A stretch of 64,000 nucleotides of DNA from contig JBBRQC010000006.1 of the NCBI GenBank assembly GCA_038227135.1, positions 20,896 to 84,895 of the forward strand, written 5' to 3'. Each line of letters begins with the position of its first letter. Position 1 is the stretch's first letter. Of this stretch, positions 1-8,892 are shown in pieces. The notes below the pieces were generated by a model. The model was not told the origin of the DNA. It worked only from the letters and a program-made list of their open reading frames with translations, and did no database searches. A program made the translations under genes and the position numbers. The DNA comes from Gemmatimonadales bacterium (GTDB lineage: Bacteria; Gemmatimonadota; Gemmatimonadetes; Gemmatimonadales; Gemmatimonadaceae).

Positions 1-729
1 ATCGGCCAGATCTCCCATCTGGGCGACATGGTCCCGGTGATGGCCGGCGTCACGCTCTCCTTCAAGATGCGCAAGGAGAACAGAGTCGGTCTCGTATACG
101 TCGGCGATGGGGCGACTTCGACCGGTGCGTTCCACGAAGGGATCAACTTCGCCGCCGTGCAGCGCTGCCCGCTCGTGGTCGTTGTTGAGAACAACGGCTA
201 CGCGTACTCGACGCCGCTCAGCAAGCAGACCGCCGCCAGGCAGCTCGTCGACAAGGCGATTGGATACGGCATTGCGGGGGAGCAGGCGGACGGGAACGAT
301 GTGATCGCGACGTACGAGGTAACGAAGCGCGCTGTCGATCGCGCCCGCAGCGGCGGGGGAGTGACGCTCGTGGAGCTGATCACGTACCGCCGCAAAGGAC
401 ACGCTGAGCACGACAACCAGTCGTATGTGCCGCCGGGGGAGATCGATAAGTGGGCGAGCGAGAACGATCCAATCGATCGGTATGCCAAACGACTGCTGAG
501 CGAAGGATTCGGTCAGTCGGAGCTCAACGCGACCGACGCCCGAGTCCAGGAAGAGATCGATCGAGCGACGGACGAAGCTGACAAATCGCCCATGCCCGAT
601 CCGACCGATGCGCTGGTGGGGGTATACGCCGACCCGCCGGCAGTCGCGCCACTCTGGTTCCGCGAGGGCATCAAGTCCGCGGTAGAGTTGCACGAGCGCC
701 CTTCCAGCTGGGGGACGCACGATGGCTGA
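1..729 (+). CDS. 2-oxo acid dehydrogenase E1 component, alpha subunit (TPP-dependent, pyruvate/branched-chain type); 5' end cut by window edge
   Basis: Frame 1 is open from base 1. The translation (YVGDGATSTGAFHEGINFAAV, VVENNGYAYSTP, YRRKGHAEHD) is the TPP-binding core of heterotetrameric E1 alpha. Its stop overlaps the E1 beta start (ATGGCTGA). Confidence 0.9.
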   Translation: MGQISHLGDMVPVMAGVTLSFKMRKENRVGLVYVGDGATSTGAFHEGINFAAVQRCPLVVVVENNGYAYSTPLSKQTAARQLVDKAIGYGIAGEQADGNDVIATYEVTKRAVDRARSGGGVTLVELITYRRKGHAEHDNQSYVPPGEIDKWASENDPIDRYAKRLLSEGFGQSELNATDARVQEEIDRATDEADKSPMPDPTDALVGVYADPPAVAPLWFREGIKSAVELHERPSSWGTHDG

Positions 730-1699
730 AATCACGTATCTCGAAGCAATCCGGGAAGCGCTGTTCGAGGAGATGGAGCGCGACGAGAATGTTTTCTGTC
801 TCGGCGAGGACATCGGCGCGTATGGCGGCGCTTTCAAGGTGACGGAAGGATTGATGGCGAGGTATGGCGAACAGCGCGTGATCGACACACCCATCTCGGA
901 GGCCGCCATTATCGGAGCCGCGGCCGGGGCGGCGCACATGGGTATGCGGCCGGTGTGCGAGATGCAGTTCATCGATTTCATATCGACCGGGTACGACATG
1001 CTCACCAACTACGTCGCAACCGCGAGGTACCGCGCGATGCTTCCGTGCCCGATGGTGGTGCGAGGGCCCAGCGGCGGCTATGTGAGGGGAGGGCCCTTTC
1101 ATTCGCAGAATCCGGAAGCGGCCTTCCTGCACACCCCCGGTCTGAAGATCGTCTATCCCGCGACGGCGCGCGACGCCAAAGGATTGCTCAAATCAGCAAT
1201 TCGTGACGAGGACTGCGTGCTCTACTTCGAGCACAAGTATCTGTACCGCCGGATCAAGGAAGAGATGCCGACGGGCGACCACCTGACTCCGATCGGAAAA
1301 GCACGGACAGCGCGGGAAGGGAAGGACGTTTCCATCGTCACCTACGCCGCTACGGTCTGGAAAGCTCTTGAGGCGGCCGAGCAAGTCGAGAAGGAAGACG
1401 GTCTCTCTGTCGAAGTGATCGACCTGCGGACGATTCTACCGATGGATGACGAGGCAATCATCGCGACGGTGAAGAAAACGAATCGGGCGCTGATCGTGCA
1501 TGAAGACACCCGGACGGGCGGTGTTGCCGGGGAGATCATCGCCCGCATCAACGAAAGCGCATTCGAGTGGCTGGACGCTCCGGTAATGCGGGTCACCGCG
1601 GCGGATGTCCCGCTGCCCTATTCTCCGCCGCTCGAGGATTATGTGCTGCCGCAGACCTCCGACATAGTGTTGGCGCTGCGGAAGCTTGCTGCGTACTGA
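722..1699 (+). CDS. 2-oxo acid dehydrogenase E1 component, beta subunit
   Basis: 325 aa. ITYLEAIREALFEEMERDENVFCLGEDIG, VIDTPISEAAIIGAAAG and the C-terminal transketolase-like domain are typical of E1 beta. It sits between E1 alpha and E2. Confidence 0.93.
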   Translation: MAEITYLEAIREALFEEMERDENVFCLGEDIGAYGGAFKVTEGLMARYGEQRVIDTPISEAAIIGAAAGAAHMGMRPVCEMQFIDFISTGYDMLTNYVATARYRAMLPCPMVVRGPSGGYVRGGPFHSQNPEAAFLHTPGLKIVYPATARDAKGLLKSAIRDEDCVLYFEHKYLYRRIKEEMPTGDHLTPIGKARTAREGKDVSIVTYAATVWKALEAAEQVEKEDGLSVEVIDLRTILPMDDEAIIATVKKTNRALIVHEDTRTGGVAGEIIARINESAFEWLDAPVMRVTAADVPLPYSPPLEDYVLPQTSDIVLALRKLAAY

Positions 1700-1965
1700 T
1701 GACCTCGCCGGAGCTCGATCGAGCCGGGGTTGCAGCGAGAAACGTGGGAGTGGGCTGCGTCACTACGGTCGCCGGTTTTTTCGGCGGAGGAATGATTGCA
1801 GTATTCATTGGGAAGGTCGTTGGAAGCGTCCAGGGATGTAAGCCGCCCGAGGGACTTCCGGCGTGCAATTGGTGGGTGTATGCTGGTATTGGAGCGGTTC
1901 TGGGAGTGCTCACACTTCCTGCTGTCGTCCTGATACGTCTGAACCAGCCTCAAGCTGGCAAATAA
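1699..1965 (+). CDS. hypothetical small membrane protein (about 88 aa, two hydrophobic segments)
   Basis: ATG at 1699 overlaps the E1 beta stop (TGATG). The translation MTSPELDRAGVAARNVGVGCVTTVAGFFGGGMIAVFIG...WWVYAGIGAVLGVLTLPAVVLI has two TM-like stretches. I recognise no family. Confidence 0.4.
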   Translation: MTSPELDRAGVAARNVGVGCVTTVAGFFGGGMIAVFIGKVVGSVQGCKPPEGLPACNWWVYAGIGAVLGVLTLPAVVLIRLNQPQAGK

Positions 1966-1983
1966 GCGAAGGAAGGAGAAGTC

Positions 1984-3294
1984 GTGGCACGTGTAGACAT
2001 CATCATGCCGCAGATGGGCGAGTCGATCGCCGAGGGCACACTTTCGAGGTGGTTGAAGAAAGTGGGCGACGAGGTGAAGCGCGACGAACCGATTTTCGAG
2101 ATCTCGACTGACAAGGTCGACGCGGAAATTCCCGCGTCGGCGGCCGGCGTGCTCGCCGAAATCCTGGTAAAGGAAGGCGAGACCGTCGCCGTGCAGACGG
2201 TCGTCGCGCGGCTCGAGACCGAAAAAGGCGCGACCGTACCCGCACAGGCTGCGTCGCCTTCACCGGCCGCCCCCCAGCGGGAAGCTACTCCCGCCGCGAC
2301 TCCGGCACGCACCCAGACACCCGCGCCCGCAATCGCCGCATCCCGCTCGGTCAATGGGAATTCCTTCGAAGACCGGGTGCGCAGCAAGTCGTCGCCTCTC
2401 GTACGGAAGATTGCCGCCGAGCACGGACTGAACATCTCTGCAATGCAGGGTACAGGGGTCGCCGGACGCGTCACGAAGCGGGACATCGTCGGATTCATAG
2501 ACTCGGGCGCCAAGACGACCGGCGCACCCGGAGTGCGGGCAGGCGGCGGTGGCGGCGGTCACGCGCTACCGATGCCAGAACCGTGGGCAGGTGACGTTGT
2601 CGAGCCGATGTCGAAGATGCGCGCGCTCATCAGCGAGCACATGGTAGCATCGCGCCACACGTCCGCGCATGTCACGTCGTTCATCGAGATCGACTTCACC
2701 CGGGTCGCCCGGATCCGCGCCAAAAAACGCGCCGAGTTCGAAGCAGCGACCGGGCAGAAGCTGACCTACATGCCGTTCATCATCAAAGCGGTGACGCAGG
2801 GACTGCGGGAGTTCCCGGTGATGAACTCCTCAGTTGCAGGCACCAACGTCATCTATAGAAAACAGATCAACATTGGCATCGCTGTCGCTCTCGAGTGGGG
2901 GCTGATCGTGCCGGTCATCAGGCACGCCGACGATCTCTCGCTCTCGGGAATCACCCGCGCGCTCAACGATCTCGCCGCCCGCGCGCGGGCCAAGAAGCTC
3001 TCCCCCGAGGAGGTTCAGGAAGGAACCTTCACGATCACGAACCCTGGAGTCTTCGGATCGCTGATGGGCACGCCGATCATCAACCAGCCGCAGGTCGCGA
3101 TCATGGGCGTCGGAGCCATCGAGAAGCGGCCGAAGGTTCTGCCGGGCTCCGATGGAGAGGATACGATTGCAATCCGCACCTGCGCTTATTTTTCAATCTC
3201 GTTCGATCATCGTGTCATAGACGGCGCCGTCGCCGACCAGTTCCTGGCCTTTGTGAAGAAAACGATCGAGACATTTCCGGAGACCGGACTTTAA
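1984..3294 (+). CDS. dihydrolipoamide acyltransferase (E2 component of 2-oxo acid dehydrogenase complex)
   Basis: GTG start preceded by GAAGGAGAAG. It has an N-terminal lipoyl domain (IIMPQMGESIAEGTLSRWLKKVGDEV...EISTDKVDAEIP), an Ala/Pro linker, an E3-binding domain (SPLVRKIAAEHGLNI) and a catalytic domain ending in SFDHRVIDGA. Confidence 0.95.
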   Translation: MARVDIIMPQMGESIAEGTLSRWLKKVGDEVKRDEPIFEISTDKVDAEIPASAAGVLAEILVKEGETVAVQTVVARLETEKGATVPAQAASPSPAAPQREATPAATPARTQTPAPAIAASRSVNGNSFEDRVRSKSSPLVRKIAAEHGLNISAMQGTGVAGRVTKRDIVGFIDSGAKTTGAPGVRAGGGGGGHALPMPEPWAGDVVEPMSKMRALISEHMVASRHTSAHVTSFIEIDFTRVARIRAKKRAEFEAATGQKLTYMPFIIKAVTQGLREFPVMNSSVAGTNVIYRKQINIGIAVALEWGLIVPVIRHADDLSLSGITRALNDLAARARAKKLSPEEVQEGTFTITNPGVFGSLMGTPIINQPQVAIMGVGAIEKRPKVLPGSDGEDTIAIRTCAYFSISFDHRVIDGAVADQFLAFVKKTIETFPETGL

Positions 3295-3295
3295 A

Positions 3296-3553
3296 ATGCC
3301 CAAGGCTCTTACAATTCAACGCTCGACGGTTCCTTCTGCCGAGCGCGCAAATTACACCAAGCGACTGAAGGCGCTTCGATCCCATTACGCCGCCGCAAAC
3401 TGCCGGTTCTGGGTTTTTGAAGAATCTTCGCTTCCGGGCGCTTTCATCGAATTCACGGAGGCGGACGATCAGCAGACGCTGAGCGTTGCCCACGCCAACG
3501 CCCCGCACAAGACACTCGATCCGTCCCGCGTTTATCAGGAGATCGAGCTCTAA
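3296..3553 (+). CDS. hypothetical protein (85 aa)
   Basis: The ATG lies 1 nt after the E2 stop, and its own stop overlaps the next start (TAATG). I recognise no family. Third-position GC looks lower than in the neighbouring genes. Confidence 0.5.
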   Translation: MPKALTIQRSTVPSAERANYTKRLKALRSHYAAANCRFWVFEESSLPGAFIEFTEADDQQTLSVAHANAPHKTLDPSRVYQEIEL

Positions 3554-3819
3554 TGCCGGCACGCTCACTCGAAGTTGGCGGAAAGAAGTGGGAGGTTTAT
3601 CCGTCCGGCCACATCACCCAGTACACCCAGGACGAATACGGTCTGTTGTTCTCACGCGGTGGTGGCACGGATCGAGAGGTGCGCGTGACGCGTTATTCGC
3701 CGCAGGGAACACGCTCGCGTGAGCAGGCGTTCGCCGAGCTGTCGGACGCCCGGCTGAAGGAGCTTTTCGAGCAATCCCAGCCAAGCTTTACGTCGCCTGA
3801 GGCCGGCTACGAGCGGTGA
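3553..3819 (+). CDS. hypothetical protein (88 aa)
   Basis: It is translationally coupled on both sides: TAATG upstream and GTGA overlap with the PHP gene downstream. I recognise no family. Confidence 0.5.
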   Translation: MPARSLEVGGKKWEVYPSGHITQYTQDEYGLLFSRGGGTDREVRVTRYSPQGTRSREQAFAELSDARLKELFEQSQPSFTSPEAGYER

Positions 3820-4673
3820 GTGGCGAGGCGGGAGGGCCGAGATTCGTCGACCTCCACACGCACTCGACGGCCTCTGACGGCACCCTACCTCCCGAGCAGG
3901 TAATCGAGGCGGCGGCGCGTTGCGGGCTGGCCGCGCTCGCGCTCACGGACCACGACACTATCGATGGCGTCCGCGGGGCGCGTAAGGCCGCCGAGGGAGT
4001 GGGAATTCGTGTGATAGCGGGTGTGGAGCTCAGCGCATTCGACGAAGACCGGGAGATACACGTGCTCGCGCTTCATCTATCCAATTTCGAGGCGCTCGAG
4101 AAGCATTTGGCGGGGTTGCGCGCGTCGCGTCATGTCAGAGCTGGAAGAATGGTGGAGAAGCTCAACGCACTCGGCATTCCCCTCACGCTCGACGAAGTCC
4201 TTCTGCAAGCGAATGGCGGCACTGTCGGCCGCCCACACGTTGCGCGGGCATTGATTGCGCGCGGCCTGGTACCCGACTTCCGCGAGGCATTCACGAGATA
4301 TCTCGGCAACAACGGGAGCGCGTTCGTTCCCAAGGAGCGACTCTCGATCCAGGGTGCGATTGGAATCGCGCACGAAGCCGGAGCGATCGCGGTCTGGGCC
4401 CACCCGTCGGACGGAGGACGCCGCGAGCGTCTCGAACCACTCGTGGCGGCGGGGCTCGATGGGGTCGAGATCAAGCATCCGAGTCATTCAGGTGAAGACA
4501 CGAAGCGACTGCAGGCGCTAACGGATTTCTTTGGCCTCGTGCCGAGCGGTGGCTCCGATTGGCACGGCGCATTGGAGGGCCCGCGGCGCCTCGGAATGAT
4601 GAACGTGCCAAGCGAATGGCTGGAAAAGCAGGATGAGAGAGTTGCTTCACTGACATCCGCCACGAGAGTCTGA
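3816..4673 (+). CDS. PHP-domain metal-dependent phosphoesterase (TrpH/YciV-like)
   Basis: It carries the FVDLHTHSTASDGTL and LALTDHDTIDG motifs, and a C-terminal GGSDWHG. Confidence 0.85.
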   Translation: MSGEAGGPRFVDLHTHSTASDGTLPPEQVIEAAARCGLAALALTDHDTIDGVRGARKAAEGVGIRVIAGVELSAFDEDREIHVLALHLSNFEALEKHLAGLRASRHVRAGRMVEKLNALGIPLTLDEVLLQANGGTVGRPHVARALIARGLVPDFREAFTRYLGNNGSAFVPKERLSIQGAIGIAHEAGAIAVWAHPSDGGRRERLEPLVAAGLDGVEIKHPSHSGEDTKRLQALTDFFGLVPSGGSDWHGALEGPRRLGMMNVPSEWLEKQDERVASLTSATRV

Positions 4674-4686
4674 TGGAGTTTTCAGA

Positions 4687-5415
4687 GTGGAACTGAAAGG
4701 GCGCACTGCTCTCGTCACTGGAGCCGGCACACGCGTGGGGCGGGTTATCGCGCTGGCGCTCGGCAAGGCGGGGATGCGGGTGGGGGTCCACTATGCCGGT
4801 TCGGAAAAGGGCGCGCGCCAGACGGCGGAGGAGATCATCCGAGGAGGCACCGATGCGCGAACGCTACCGGGAGACCTCATGGATCCGACCACCGGACCGC
4901 GGCTCATCGAGCACACGGTGAAGGTGTTCGGCTCCATCGATGTGCTCGTCAACTCAGCGGCGGTGATGCTGAAGACGCCAATCGGAGAAGTCCTGGTGGA
5001 AGACTGGGACGCGATGTTCGCGTTGAATCTTCGGGCGCCGTTTTTCCTCTGCCAGGCGGCAGCGCGCCTGATGCGTGAAGGCGGATCGATCGTGAACATT
5101 GCCGATCTGGCCGCATTCGAGACCTGGCGCGGGTACATACCGCACGCCATCACCAAAGCTGGTGTGGTGCAGATGACGCGAGGGCTGGCGCACGCGCTAG
5201 CGCCGAAGATCCGCGTCAACGCCGTTGCTCCGGGACCAGTGATGCTGCCGGAAGGCTGGACGCAGGAAGATGCCGACAAGCTGATCTCCACGACGCCGCT
5301 GGGACGGCTCGGCTCACCGGAAGACGTTGCGCAGGCAGTCCTGTATCTCCTCAGCGCGGAATACGTGACCGGCGAGACGATTATCGTCGACGGGGGACGT
5401 CACGTCCGCATCTGA
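4687..5415 (+). CDS. short-chain dehydrogenase/reductase family oxidoreductase (pteridine-reductase-like)
   Basis: It has a Rossmann motif (ALVTGAGTRVGRVIA), NSAA, and a C-terminal GETIIVDGG. By eye, the expected YxxxK position reads HAITK. Confidence 0.8.
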   Translation: MELKGRTALVTGAGTRVGRVIALALGKAGMRVGVHYAGSEKGARQTAEEIIRGGTDARTLPGDLMDPTTGPRLIEHTVKVFGSIDVLVNSAAVMLKTPIGEVLVEDWDAMFALNLRAPFFLCQAAARLMREGGSIVNIADLAAFETWRGYIPHAITKAGVVQMTRGLAHALAPKIRVNAVAPGPVMLPEGWTQEDADKLISTTPLGRLGSPEDVAQAVLYLLSAEYVTGETIIVDGGRHVRI

Positions 5416-5493
5416 GTCCGGGTGCACGCGCGGCGTCGGTTATATTTCACACCGCGTTAACTGTTTCTCGCTCTCCGTTGAGCTTCCTTCCAG

Positions 5494-6522
5494 GTGAGTC
5501 CAGTGGCGACAATTCGCGACTACGATGTTGTAATCGTCGGTGCGGGTCCGGCAGGAATGACCGCTGCCCTCTATACTGGCCGCGCGATGCTGCGCACGGC
5601 TGTGCTCGAGCGCGGATTTCCGGGCGGGGAGCTCCTCAATACCGAGTTTCTGGACGATGTGATCGGCTTCCCGAAGATTCTCGGTCACGAGCTGGCGGAA
5701 AAGTTCGCGGAACACGCCAAGCAGTTCGGTGCCGAGTTCTTCGAGACGACCAGTGTCACGTCGGTGACGAAAATGCCCGATGGATACTTTCATACCGAGA
5801 CAGAGACGGGCGAGATCTTCCGCTCTCCAGCCGCGATCGTGACCGCTGGTGGAACGCCGATCAAGCTCGGCATCCCCGGCGAGCTGGAGTACGCTGGGAA
5901 GGGGGTGTCCTATTGTGCGATCTGTGATGCCGCTTTCTTCAAGCAGCAGGTCGTCGCGGTGGTAGGAGGCGGCGATGCCGCCGTCGAGGAGGCCGATTTT
6001 CTCACCAGGTACGCGAGCAAGGTGTACCTGGTCCACCGGCGTCACGAATTCCGCGCGTCGAAGATTCTGCAGCAGCACGCCTTCGACAATCCGAAGATAG
6101 AGGTGATCTGGGACACCGTGGCGGAAAAAGTCGAAGGAGATCCGCAGACGGGGATGACCGGGCTCCGGATCCACAACCTCGTGACGCAGGAGCGGAAGCT
6201 TCTCGACACTACCGGATTGTTCGTGTTCATCGGGTTTCGTCCCAACACTGGCGTGATTGCCGGGCACTTCGATCACGACGTTATGGGTTACGTGGTGACC
6301 GACAACGCGATGATGACTTCGATTTCCGGCTTGTTCGTCGCTGGCGATCTGCGCTCTCAACTGACACGCCAGGTAACGACCGCTTCGGGCGACGCAACTA
6401 CTGCCGCGATCGCGGCCGACAAGTACATAACCCGGTTCAAGAAGAGCCAGCGGGATGGCTCCACGACGGCTGAGCGCGAGGCTCTGGAGAGCTCCCACGT
6501 CAGCGCCGGAGGCTACACCTGA
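5494..6522 (+). CDS. trxB: thioredoxin-disulfide reductase
   Basis: It has the FAD motif DVVIVGAGPAGMTAALY, the redox-active CAICDA, and the NADPH motif VVGGGDAAVEEA. There is a tail of about 25 aa beyond the usual C-terminus. Confidence 0.92.
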   Translation: MSPVATIRDYDVVIVGAGPAGMTAALYTGRAMLRTAVLERGFPGGELLNTEFLDDVIGFPKILGHELAEKFAEHAKQFGAEFFETTSVTSVTKMPDGYFHTETETGEIFRSPAAIVTAGGTPIKLGIPGELEYAGKGVSYCAICDAAFFKQQVVAVVGGGDAAVEEADFLTRYASKVYLVHRRHEFRASKILQQHAFDNPKIEVIWDTVAEKVEGDPQTGMTGLRIHNLVTQERKLLDTTGLFVFIGFRPNTGVIAGHFDHDVMGYVVTDNAMMTSISGLFVAGDLRSQLTRQVTTASGDATTAAIAADKYITRFKKSQRDGSTTAEREALESSHVSAGGYT

Positions 6523-6749
6523 TGCGGCGGGAGGCGATCTGCGCTGGAGCGATACTGCTCTTTCCGTTCGACGCCTTCTTCGCCCAGAATGCGCCGGCAA
6601 ACTCCTCCCGCATCATCGGAATCGTCGTCGACAGCATCAACGGGACAGGCTTGAAAGGAGCCGAAGTGCCGGCGCAGTTCTCCGGCCTCGATGAGTGTGT
6701 CACGCTCGTCGTTTGGACGCAGGTGCAACCTCAAGTCAGGCAGCACTGA
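6522..6749 (+). pseudogene. possible 5' remnant of an outer-membrane receptor gene (signal peptide plus the start of a CarboxypepD_reg-like domain)
   Basis: The ATG overlaps the trxB stop (TGATG). MRREAICAGAILLFPFDAFFAQ looks like a signal peptide. SRIIGIVVDSINGTGLKGAEV resembles the first strands of a carboxypeptidase-regulatory-like domain, after which the frame degenerates and stops at 75 aa. Confidence 0.3.
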
Positions 6750-6750
6750 C

Positions 6751-7392
6751 GTGAACATCCAGACTCACACCGTCGGCGCGTTTCGGGAGAATACGTACCT
6801 CCTGGTGGACGACCGGACGTATCGGGCGGTGATAATCGATCCCGGGGGCGAGGGCGACAAGCTAGTGGACGCGATCGACAATTCGGCGGCCAAGCTGGAG
6901 GGAATCTGGATCACGCACGCGCACGTCGATCATGTTGGTGGCATCGCTTCGATCAAGCGACGGTGGGACGTTCCGATCTACCTCCATCCGGCAGACCGCC
7001 GTCTGTACGAGGCAGCGTCGCGACAGGCCGAGGTTTACGGAATTCCGTTTGAGGAGCCGCCACCTCCGGACCGTGAGTTCGCGGACGGGCAGGTGCTCAA
7101 GCTGGGCGGCATCGAAATGGAAGTCATGCATGCGCCGGGACATTCGCCAGGCCACGTGGTCATTCACGGCGGCGGTATCGCGCTCGTGGGCGACTGCCTG
7201 TTCGCCGGATCCATCGGCAGGACCGATCTTCCCTTCTCGAATCCGCCGCAGCTCGCGGCTTCGCTGGAAAAAATCTCAGCTCTCGCTCCCGAGACTGTGG
7301 TATATCCCGGACACGGGATGGAGACAACGATCGCGGAGGAGCGGTTGTCGAATCCGTTCCTCAACGGCACTGCCCGCATCGTCGGGCGTTAA
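6751..7392 (+). CDS. MBL-fold metallo-hydrolase (hydroxyacylglutathione hydrolase-like)
   Basis: It has THAHVDHVGG, HAPGHSPGH, and GDCLFAGSIGRTD motifs. GTG 6751 gives the usual N-terminus (NIQTHTVGAFRENTYLL). The ORF-track ATG at 6691 is an alternative start. Confidence 0.88.
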   Translation: MNIQTHTVGAFRENTYLLVDDRTYRAVIIDPGGEGDKLVDAIDNSAAKLEGIWITHAHVDHVGGIASIKRRWDVPIYLHPADRRLYEAASRQAEVYGIPFEEPPPPDREFADGQVLKLGGIEMEVMHAPGHSPGHVVIHGGGIALVGDCLFAGSIGRTDLPFSNPPQLAASLEKISALAPETVVYPGHGMETTIAEERLSNPFLNGTARIVGR

Positions 7393-7404
7393 CGGCAAAC
7401 AACC

Positions 7405-8832
7405 ATGAGCGAAAAGACACGAACCGAAAAGGACCCGCTCGGAGCCCTCGAGGTTCCGGCGGACGCTCTGTACGGAGTGCAGACGTTGCGGGCGGTTCAG
7501 AACTTTCCAATCAGTGGATTGCGTCCGCTGCCGGCGTTCATCGAGGCGACGGTGCACATCAAGCGCGCGGCTGCGCTCACACACAAGGAAACAGGCAGGC
7601 TCGAGCCCCGTCTCGCCGACGCGATCGTGAAGGCGGCGGACGAAATCCTGGCGGGAAAGCATCGCGACCAATTTGTCGTCGACGTCTATCAGGCGGGCGC
7701 CGGCACTTCGCACAACATGAACTGCAACGAGGTTCTCGCGAACCGCGCCAACGAGATCCTGGGCGGAAAGCGGGGCGCGTACACTCCGGTTCATCCGAAC
7801 GATCACGTCAACATGGCGCAGTCGACCAACGATGTGATCCCGACGGCGATTCGGCTTGGCTGCCTGATGGAGCTGGGCGGCCTGGAAGAGGTGTTCAACG
7901 ATCTCGCGAAATCGTTCGAGAAGAAAGGAACGGCATTCGACGAAGTCCTGAAGTCCGGCCGCACACATCTCCAGGACGCGATGCCGATTCGGCTGGGGCA
8001 GGAGCTCGATGCCTACGCCGGCTCGTTACGTCGCGGTCTCAGGCGGGTGGTCGAAGCCGCTGATTATTTGCGGGACTTGGGGATTGGCGGAAGCGCGGTG
8101 GGGACGGGAGTCAACGTCGAGCCAGAGTATCCCCGGCTCATGATCAAGAATCTCAGCAAGGCCACCAAGCTGAAGTTGCGGGAGGGAGCGGACCGCGTTC
8201 AGCTGATGCAGAGTATGGGCGACGTGGCCGGTTTCAGCGCACAGCTAAAGGTGCTGGCGCTCGATCTCAGCAAGATCGCCAGCGATCTGCGTCTGATGGC
8301 GAGCGGGCCGCGCACCGGTCTCGACGAGATCCGGCTTCCGGCCGTGCAGCCGGGATCCTCGATAATGCCCGGCAAAGTCAATCCGTCGATTCCGGAGATG
8401 GTCAACCAGGTTTGCTTCCAGGTATTCGGCAACGATGCGTGCGTGAGCGCGGCGGCGGAGCACGGGCAGCTCGAGCTGAATGTGATGATGCCTGTGATAG
8501 CGCACAACGTCCTCTCCTCGATGATGATTCTCACCAACAGCGCGCGGGTCTTTGACGAGAAGACGGTGAAGGGCATGGAGGCCAACGAGGAGCAGTGCGA
8601 ATACTGGCTCGAGCGCTCGGCGGCATTGGCGACCGCGCTCGCTCCGCAAATCGGCTACGCGCGGGCGGCGGAGCTCAGCAAGCAGTCGGTGAAGGAGAAC
8701 GTGCTGATCCGAGAGCTCGTGAAGCGCGAGAAAGTGCTGCCCGCGAAGGAGATCGACGAAGTTCTCGATTTGCGGAAGATGACCGAGATCGGGGTGCCCG
8801 GAGGGAAGCACGGGGGGGTCGCCGGGGGATAG
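7405..8832 (+). CDS. aspA: aspartate ammonia-lyase (class II fumarase/aspartase family)
   Basis: It has the GSSIMPGKVNP signature followed by SIPEMVNQVCFQVFGND, which matches the aspartase pattern rather than FumC as I remember them. The N-terminus reads EKDPLGALEVPADALYGVQT. Confidence 0.8.
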   Translation: MSEKTRTEKDPLGALEVPADALYGVQTLRAVQNFPISGLRPLPAFIEATVHIKRAAALTHKETGRLEPRLADAIVKAADEILAGKHRDQFVVDVYQAGAGTSHNMNCNEVLANRANEILGGKRGAYTPVHPNDHVNMAQSTNDVIPTAIRLGCLMELGGLEEVFNDLAKSFEKKGTAFDEVLKSGRTHLQDAMPIRLGQELDAYAGSLRRGLRRVVEAADYLRDLGIGGSAVGTGVNVEPEYPRLMIKNLSKATKLKLREGADRVQLMQSMGDVAGFSAQLKVLALDLSKIASDLRLMASGPRTGLDEIRLPAVQPGSSIMPGKVNPSIPEMVNQVCFQVFGNDACVSAAAEHGQLELNVMMPVIAHNVLSSMMILTNSARVFDEKTVKGMEANEEQCEYWLERSAALATALAPQIGYARAAELSKQSVKENVLIRELVKREKVLPAKEIDEVLDLRKMTEIGVPGGKHGGVAGG

Positions 8833-8892
8833 CTCCAAACGACAGTTCGGTGGTCACCTGCCGTCGCGCTATGTTGCAGTTGTGCTCGGCCC

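Noticed and set aside
5440-6600. 386-aa minus-strand ORF opposite trxB. Similar long antisense or alternate-frame ORFs occur at 15015-16013, 15872-16630, 19774-20787, 20869-21864, 21296-22564, 22755-23954, 27683-28942, 32390-33889, 38754-39998, 44964-46361, 48832-49938, 54420-55445, 56266-57291, 57415-58203, 59404-60246, and 60519-61379.
   Set aside because: Each lies entirely inside a confidently identified + strand gene. Their translations are Arg/Pro/Ala/Gly-rich with no recognisable motifs. These are the shadow ORFs expected in high-GC DNA.
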